Part shown: positions 56,291 to 64,000 of the stretch, piece after piece
How positions within the stretch are numbered: the stretch's first letter is position 1
Layout: each line of letters begins with the position of its first letter
Assembly (NCBI RefSeq): GCF_009914755.1
Contig: NC_060945.1
Strand: one strand, 5' to 3'
Source: the human T2T-CHM13v2.0 reference genome, Homo sapiens
Length of the DNA stretch: 64,000 nt
The notes under the pieces: generated by a model
What the model was told of the DNA's origin: nothing
What the model saw: the letters and a program-made list of their open reading frames with translations, nothing else
The model's database searches: none
Translations under genes and position numbers: made by a program

Positions 56291-59200
56291 CAATTCCATT
56301 GGAGACCATTCCATTCCATTCGAGTCCTTTCCATTCCATTCCATTCGAGTCCATTCCATTCCATTTCATTCTATTCGAATCCATTCCATTCCATTCTATT
56401 TGATTCTATTCTTTTCCATTCCATTCCATTACGTTGCATTCAATTTATTCCATTCCATTCCATTCCATTCTTGTACATTTCTTTATATTCCATTGCATTC
56501 CATTGCATTGCATTTCATTCCATTTGAGTCCGTTCCATTCCATTCTTGTCCATTCCATTCCATTCCATTCCGTTGGAGTCCTTTCCATTCCATTTCATTT
56601 GAGTCCATTCCATTCCATTTCATTACATTCGTGTGGATTCCTCTCCATTCCATTCGAGTCCATTCCGTTTCATTCGGGTGGATTCTTTTCCATTCCATTA
56701 GAGTCCATTCCATTACATTCCGTTCGAGTCCATTCCATTAGATTCCATTCCATTCCATTCCATTCGTGTCGATTCCATTCCATTATATTCCATTCTAGTC
56801 CATTCCATTTCATTCCACTCGGGTCCATTCCATTCGATTCCATTCCATTGGAGTCCATTGCATTCCATTCCATTCCATTCCATTCCATTCCATTCCATTG
56901 GTTTCCATTCCATTCCATTCCATTCCATTCGTGTGAATTTCATGCAATTATTTTCGAGTCCATTCCATTCCATTCCATTCTGTTCCATTCGCATCCTCTT
57001 CATTCCCTTCCATTCTATTCTACTCTTGTCGTTTCCATTCTATTCCACTACATTTCAATCCATTCCATTCCATTAGTGTCCATTCCTTCCATTCAATTCC
57101 ATTCCTTTCTTTTACATTCCATTCCATTCGATTCCACTCCCTTCCATTCCATTCAATTCCGTTTCACTCCATTACATTCCATTCAAGTCCATTCCATCGC
57201 ATTCGATTCCATACCGTTCCATTTCATTCCATTTTGGTCCTTTCCAATCCCTTCCATTCGAGTTCATTTCATTCCATTCCAGTCCATTCCATTCCATTTC
57301 TTTTAAGTCTATTCCATTCCATTCCATTCCATTCCATTCCATTCCATTCCATTTCATTCCATGCCATTCGAGTCTTTTTCATTTCAATCCACCGGAGTCC
57401 ATTCCATTCCATTGCTGTCCATTCCATTCCATTCCATTAGACTCCATTCCATTCCTTATGAGTGCATTCCTTTCCATTCTATTCCACTGAAGTCGATTCC
57501 ATTCAATTCCCTTCCATTCCATTCCATTGCATTCATTTCCATTCCTTTTGAGTCCATTCCATTCCAGTCCAATCTATTTGAGTAAATTTCGTTCCGTTAA
57601 CTTGCATTCCATTCGAGTCCATTCCATTCCGTTACATTCCATTATATTCGAGTTCATTCAATTCCGTTCCTTTCCATTTAACTCCATTCCACTCCGTTCC
57701 ATTTGAGTCCACTCCATTCCTCTCAATTCCATTCGAGTACATTCCATTGTATTCCTTTCGAATCCATTGTATTACATTCCATTCCATTCGATCCAATTCA
57801 ATGCCATCCATTCCTTTCCATTCGAGTCCATTCCATTCCATTCCATTGGAGTCCATTCCATTTCATTCCATTCCATTCCAGCCCAAGATGTTCCAACCCT
57901 TTCCATTCGAGTCCACTCTATTGCATTCCATTCCATTCGCGTACATTCCGTCCTGTTCCATTCGAGTCTGTTCCATTCCATTTCATTGGATTCCAATCCA
58001 TTAGAGTCCATTACTTTAAATTCCATGCAATTCCACTCGATTCCTTTCCAATACATTTAATTCAAGTCCATTCCATTCAAACCCTTTCCATTCCAGTCCA
58101 TTCTATTCCATTCCATTCTTTTCCATTCCATTCCATTCTATTCCATTTGAGCCGATTCCATTCCATTGCATTTAATTCGAGTCAATTCCATTCCATTCCA
58201 TTCCATTTAGGTCCAGTCCCTTCAATTCCATTCGAGTCAATTCCATTCCATTCCATTCGAGTATATTCCTTTGCATTCTATTCCATTTGAGTCCATTCCT
58301 TTCCATTCCATTCGAGTCCATTCCATTCCATTTGACTCAGGTACATTGATTACATTCCATTCCTTTCGAATATATTCCATTCTATTCCTTTCAAGTCTAT
58401 TCCATTCCATTTCATTAGATTCCATTTCATTAAATTCCATTTTAATCTATTCGAGATCATTCCATTCCATTCCGTTCCCTTCATGTCCATTCCATTCTAT
58501 TCGAGTCCATTCCATTCCATTCCTTTCGAGTCCAATCCAGTACATTACATTCTCTTCCATTCAAGTCCATTCCATTGCATACCATTCCATTCCATTCCAT
58601 TCCATTCCATCCCATTCCATTAGGGTGAATTCCTTTCCATTCGATTCGGGTCCATTCCATTCCATTACATTACATTAACTTGTAATCTATTAAATTCCAT
58701 GCCATAGCATTAGAGTACATTCCATTCCATTCCTTTCCATTTCATTCAATTCCATTTCATTCCATTCGAGTCCATTTCATTCCATTACATTCCATTCCAT
58801 TCGAGTCCATTCCATACCATTACATTCCGTTGGACTTGAATCCATTAAATTCCTTTTGATTCCATTCGAATCCATTCCACTCCAACCCATTCGATTCTAT
58901 TTGATTCCATTCCATTCCACTCCAGTCCTTTCCATTCCATTCGAGTCCATTTCATTCCGTAACATTCAAATCCAATGCATTCCTTTCCATTGTATACCAT
59001 GACATTCCATTCGAGTCCATTTCAATCTATTCTATTGAATTCGAGTCCATTGCATTTCATTCCACATGAGTCCATTCCACTCCATTCCACTCGAGTCCAT
59101 TTCATTCCTTTCCATTCAATTGGAGTTCATTCCATTCCATTTGAGTCCATTCCTTTCCAGTCCATTCGATTCGATTGCATTCTATTCCATTCAGCTCCAT

Positions 59201-62200
59201 TCCATTCCATTCCACTCCATTCCATTCCATTCCACTCCATTCCATTCTGTTCAATTCCATTCCATTCCACTGCACTCCATTCCATTCCATTCCATTTCAT
59301 TCGTGTCCATTTCATTCGTGTCTTTTCCATTCCATTCCACCTGAGTCCATTCCTTTCCATTCAATTCCATTCGAATCCCTTCCTTTCCTTTCCATTAAAG
59401 TCCATTACATTAGATGCTAATCCTTTAAAAGCCATTCTACTCCTTTCGAGTCCATTCCATTCCTTTGCATTTGAGTCCATTCCATTCCATTCAATTCTAT
59501 TACAATCCAGTCCATTCCTTTGTATTCCATGCCTATCCATTCCATTCCATTCCATTCGTTTCAATTCCATTCCATTCCATTGGAGTCCATTCCATTCCAT
59601 TCGAGTCTGTTCCATTCCATTGCTTTTCATTCCAATACATTCCACTGCATTTCATTTCATTCGAGTGCATTCCATTCCAATACACTCGAGTCAATTCCAT
59701 TCCATTCCATTTCATTTGGGTCCATTCATTTCATTCATGTCCATTCCATTCTATTTCATTCCTTTCAAGTCCTTTTCATTCCATTCCATTCCATTCAATT
59801 CCACTCCTTTCCATTCCATTAAATTGCATTCCATTCCTTTCCATTTCTTTCAGGTCCTTTCAATTCAGCTGCATTCCATTCGAGTCCATTCCATTCCATT
59901 CAATCCCATTCGAGTCCATTCCATTAAATTCCGTTCCATTCCATTCCATTCCATTCCTTTCCATTCAGTTCCATTCGGATCAATTCCATGCCATTCCATT
60001 CGAGTCCATTCCAATCCATTCCATTCCATTCCGTTCCATTCGAGTCCATTCCATTCCATTCAATTCCACTCCATTTGAATCCATTCCATTCCATTCGAGT
60101 CCATTCCTTTCCATTCCATTCCATTCGAGTCCACTCCATTCCATTCCATTCCATTCCACACGAGTCCTCTCCATTCTATTCCACTCCATTTCAATCCATT
60201 CCATTCCATTCGAGTGCATTCCTTTCTATTCCATTCCATTCTATTACATTCCATTCCATTCGAGTCCATTCCCTTCCATTCCATTCAATTCCATTCCACT
60301 CCATTCCATTCCATTCAAGTCCATTCCATCCCATTTGATTCCATTCAATTCCATTCCATTCCATTTGTGTTCTTTCCATTCCTTTCCATTCGAGTTATTT
60401 CCATTTTAATCGAGTCCATTCCATTCCATTCCTTTCGAGTCTTTTCCATTCCATTCCATTGGATTCCATTCCATTTTATTCCATTCTTTTCGAGTCCTTT
60501 CCATTTGATTCCATTCGAGTCCATTCCATTCCATTCCAATCCATTCGTGTCCATTCCATTTCATTGAATTCAAATCTATTCCATTTCATTCCAATCATTT
60601 CGAGTCCATCCCATTTCATTGAATTCGAATCTATTCCATTTCATTCCAATCATTTCGAGTCCATTCCATTGCACTGTAGACAATTCCTTTCCAATCCATT
60701 CCATTCCTTTCCATTCCATTCGATTCAATTCCATTCCATTCCATTCTATTCCATTCCATTCCAAACCATTACATTCCTTTCTAGTCCATTCCATTCCATT
60801 CCACTCCATTTTAGTAAATTTCATTTCAGTAACTTCCATTCCATTCTAGTCCATTCCATTCCGTTACATTTCATTCCATTTGAGTCCATTCAATTCCATT
60901 CCATTCCATTCCAATTGATTCCATTCCAATCCGTACCATTCGAGTCCACTCTTTTCCTCACCATTCCGTTTGAGTACGTTTCCTTCTATTCCATTGGAAC
61001 CCATTGCATTACATTCCATTCTATTCGAACGAATTCATTTCCATTCCATTCCATTCTGTTCGATTCCATTCCATTCCATTCGAGTCTATTCCATTCCAAT
61101 CCATTTGAGTGAATTCCTTTTCATTCCATTCCATTCGTGTCCATTCCGTTCCAAACTTTCCATTCGAGTCCATTCCATTGCATTCCATTCCATTTGAATA
61201 CATCCTATTCTATTTCATTCGTTTCCATTCCATTCCATTTCACTGGACTCCATTCCATTAGAGTCCATTCCATTAAATTTCATTATATTCCATTCGAGTC
61301 ATTTCCTTTCCGTTGTAGTCCATTCCATTCCATTCGAGTCCATTTCACTCCTTTCCATTCCTGTCCATTCCTTTCCATTCCATTCCATTCCATTCCATTC
61401 CATTCCATGCTATTCCATTTGAGTCCATTAAATTCCAAGCCATTCAAATCCATTCCATTCAAACCCATTACATTCCAGTCCATTCTATTTCATTCCATTA
61501 GAATCCAATCCATTCCATTCCATTCCATTCAAGTCCATGCCGTCCCATTTGATTACATTCAATTCCATTCCATTCCATTTGTGTTCTTTCCATTCCATTC
61601 CATTCGAGTTCTTTCCATTTTAATCGAGTCCATTCCATTCCCTTCCTTTCGAGTCTTTTCCATTCCATTCCATTGGATTCCATTCCATTTTATTCCATTC
61701 CTTTCGAGTCCTTTCCATTTGATTCCATTCGAGTCCATTCCATTCTATTCCAATCCATTCGTGTCCGTTCCATTTCATTGAATTCGAATCTATTCTATTT
61801 CATTCCAATCATTTTGAGTCCATTCCATTCCATTTCATTCCACTGTAGACAGTTCCTTTCCTTTCCATTCCATTCCTTTCGATTCGATTCCATTCCATTC
61901 CATTCTATTCCATTCCATTCCAAACCATTCCATTCCTTTCTAGTCCATTCCATTCCATTCCACTCCATTTTAGTAAATTTCATTTCATTAACTTCCATTC
62001 CATTCTAGTCCATTCTATTCCGTTACATTTCATTCCATTTGAGTCCATTCAATTCCATTCAATTCCATTCCAATTGATTCCATTCCAATCCGTACCATTC
62101 GAGTCCACTCCATTCCTCACCATTCCGTTTGAGTATGTTTCCTTCTATTCCATTAGAACCCATTGCATTACATTCCATTCCGTTCAAGCGAGTTCATTTC

Positions 62201-64000
62201 CATTCCATTACATTCCGTTCGATTCCATTCCATTCCATTCGAGTCCATTCCATTCCAATCCATCTGAGTGAATTCCTTTTCATTCCATTCCATTCGTGTC
62301 CATTCCGTTCCAAACCTTTCCATTCGAGTCCATTCCATTGCATTCCACTCCATTCGAGTACATCCTATTCTATTCCATTCGTTTCCATTCCATTCCATTT
62401 CATTGGACTCCATTCCATTAGAGTCCATTCCATTAAATTCCATTATATTCCATTCGAGTCATTTCCTTTCTGTTGTATCCCATTCCATTCCATTCGAGTC
62501 CATTTCACTCCTTTCCATTCCTGTCCATTCCTTTCCATTCCAGTCCATTCCATTCCGTTGCTTTCAAGTCCATTCCATTCCATGCTATTGCATTTGAGTC
62601 CATTAAATTCCAAACCATTCAAATCCATTCCATTCAAACCCATTACATTCCAGTCCACTTTATTTCATTCCATTAGAATCCAATCCATTCCATTCCATTC
62701 CATTCCCTTCCATTCCATTCGATTCCATTCCATTCGAGTCCATTCCATTCCATTCCATTCCATTGCATTGCATTGCATTCCATTCCATTCTATTTCTTTC
62801 GCGTCCATTCCATTCCATTCAATTCCATTTCATTCAGGTCCATTCCACTGCATTCTATTCGAGGTCATTCCAATGCATTTCATTTGATTTGTGTCCATTC
62901 AATTGTATTTCATTATATTCCACTAGAGGCGATTCCTTTCCGTTCCGTTCCATTCCATTCGAGTCCATTCCATTTCATTTGAGTCCATGCCATTAAATTC
63001 CATTCCAGTCCATTCCATTCCATTCATTTCAATTTCATTCCTTTCCATTCCTTTCAGGTCCATTGAATTCACTTGCATTCCATTCGTGTACATTCCATTC
63101 CATTCCATTCCATTCCTTTACAATTCATTCGTGTCAATTCCATTCCATTTCATTCCATTCGAGTGCATTTGCATTTTTTTTCCATTACATTCCATTCTAT
63201 TTGAGTCCATTCCATTCTGATACATTCCATTCCATTCGAGTCCTCTCAATTCCGTTCCATTCCTTTCCAGTCCATTTCATTCCAGTCCATTCCATTCCAT
63301 GCTATTCCATTTGAGTCCATACCATTCCTTTCAATTCGAATCCATTCCATTCAAACCCATTCCATTCCAATACATTCCATTCCATTCCATACGAATCCAT
63401 TCCATTCCTATCCAAACCACTCTACTCCAATCCATTCCATTCCTTTCCATTTGTGTCCAATCAATTCCATTCCATTCCATTCCATTCCATTCCATTATAC
63501 TCGTGTCCATCCCATTCAATTCCATTCGGGTCCATTCCATTCCTTTCCATTGGAATCCATTCCATTGCATTCCATTCTTCTCTTTTTGAGTCCATGCAAT
63601 CCCATTCCATTCCACTCAAGTCCATTCAATTCCATTAAGTTCCATTCATGTCCGTTCCATTCAATTCCATTCAAGTCAATTCCATTCCAATCCTCTCAGG
63701 TCCATTCCATTGCATTCAATTCCATTCGAGTCCATTCCATTCCATTCCATTCGTCTCCATTCCATTGAATTATATTCCATTCCTTTCGAGTCCATGCAAT
63801 TCCATTTCATTCCATTCGAGTTCATTCCATTCCATTCCATTTGAGTCCTTTCCATTGAGTTCCATTCCATTCGAGTCCATTCCATTCTATTCCATTCGAG
63901 TCCATTCCTTTCTATTCCATTAGAATCCATTCCATTAAATTCCATTGTATTACATTCGAGTTCATTCCATCCCATTCCGTTCCATTCATGTCCATTCCAT
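56291..64000 (+). repeat. Human Satellite 3 (CATTC)n, domain 2, punctuated by CATTCGAGTCCATT, more degenerate
   Basis: The same pentamer strand continues, but the GAGTTGATT spacer essentially disappears and TTCGAGTCCATT/TTTGAGTCCATT dominates. The block runs off the right edge. Confidence 0.93.

Noticed and set aside
38749-63975. Numerous long ORFs (HSIPF.. and MEWNG.. repeats, up to 367 aa)
   Set aside because: CATTC/GAATG pentamers contain no stop codon in any frame, so long ORFs are expected. They overlap in all frames and carry no protein signal.

Overview
Primate (human or great-ape type) pericentromeric/centromere-flanking heterochromatin. It has no host protein-coding genes, RNA genes or CRISPR arrays. 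Layout: (1) ~5.3 kb of + oriented alpha satellite with no CENP-B boxes seen; (2) a full-length, inactivated ~6.04-kb LINE-1 (L1PA3-like) on the - strand; (3) ~27.4 kb of alpha satellite in the opposite orientation, mixing A-type and CENP-B-box (B-type) monomers and containing a small, structurally unstable higher-order-repeat (HOR) array with units of 25, 22, 20 and 20 monomers plus a partial copy; (4) ~25.3 kb of (CATTC)n Human Satellite 3 in two domains that switch abruptly near 56.3 kb. The most notable observation is that the L1 sits exactly at an alpha-satellite strand and type switch and has no matching target-site duplication, which suggests a rearrangement junction. I find no support for a new gene system. 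Almost all ORFs in the track are satellite translation artefacts. All comparisons were made by eye against remembered consensus sequences, so subfamily labels and some boundaries are approximate.
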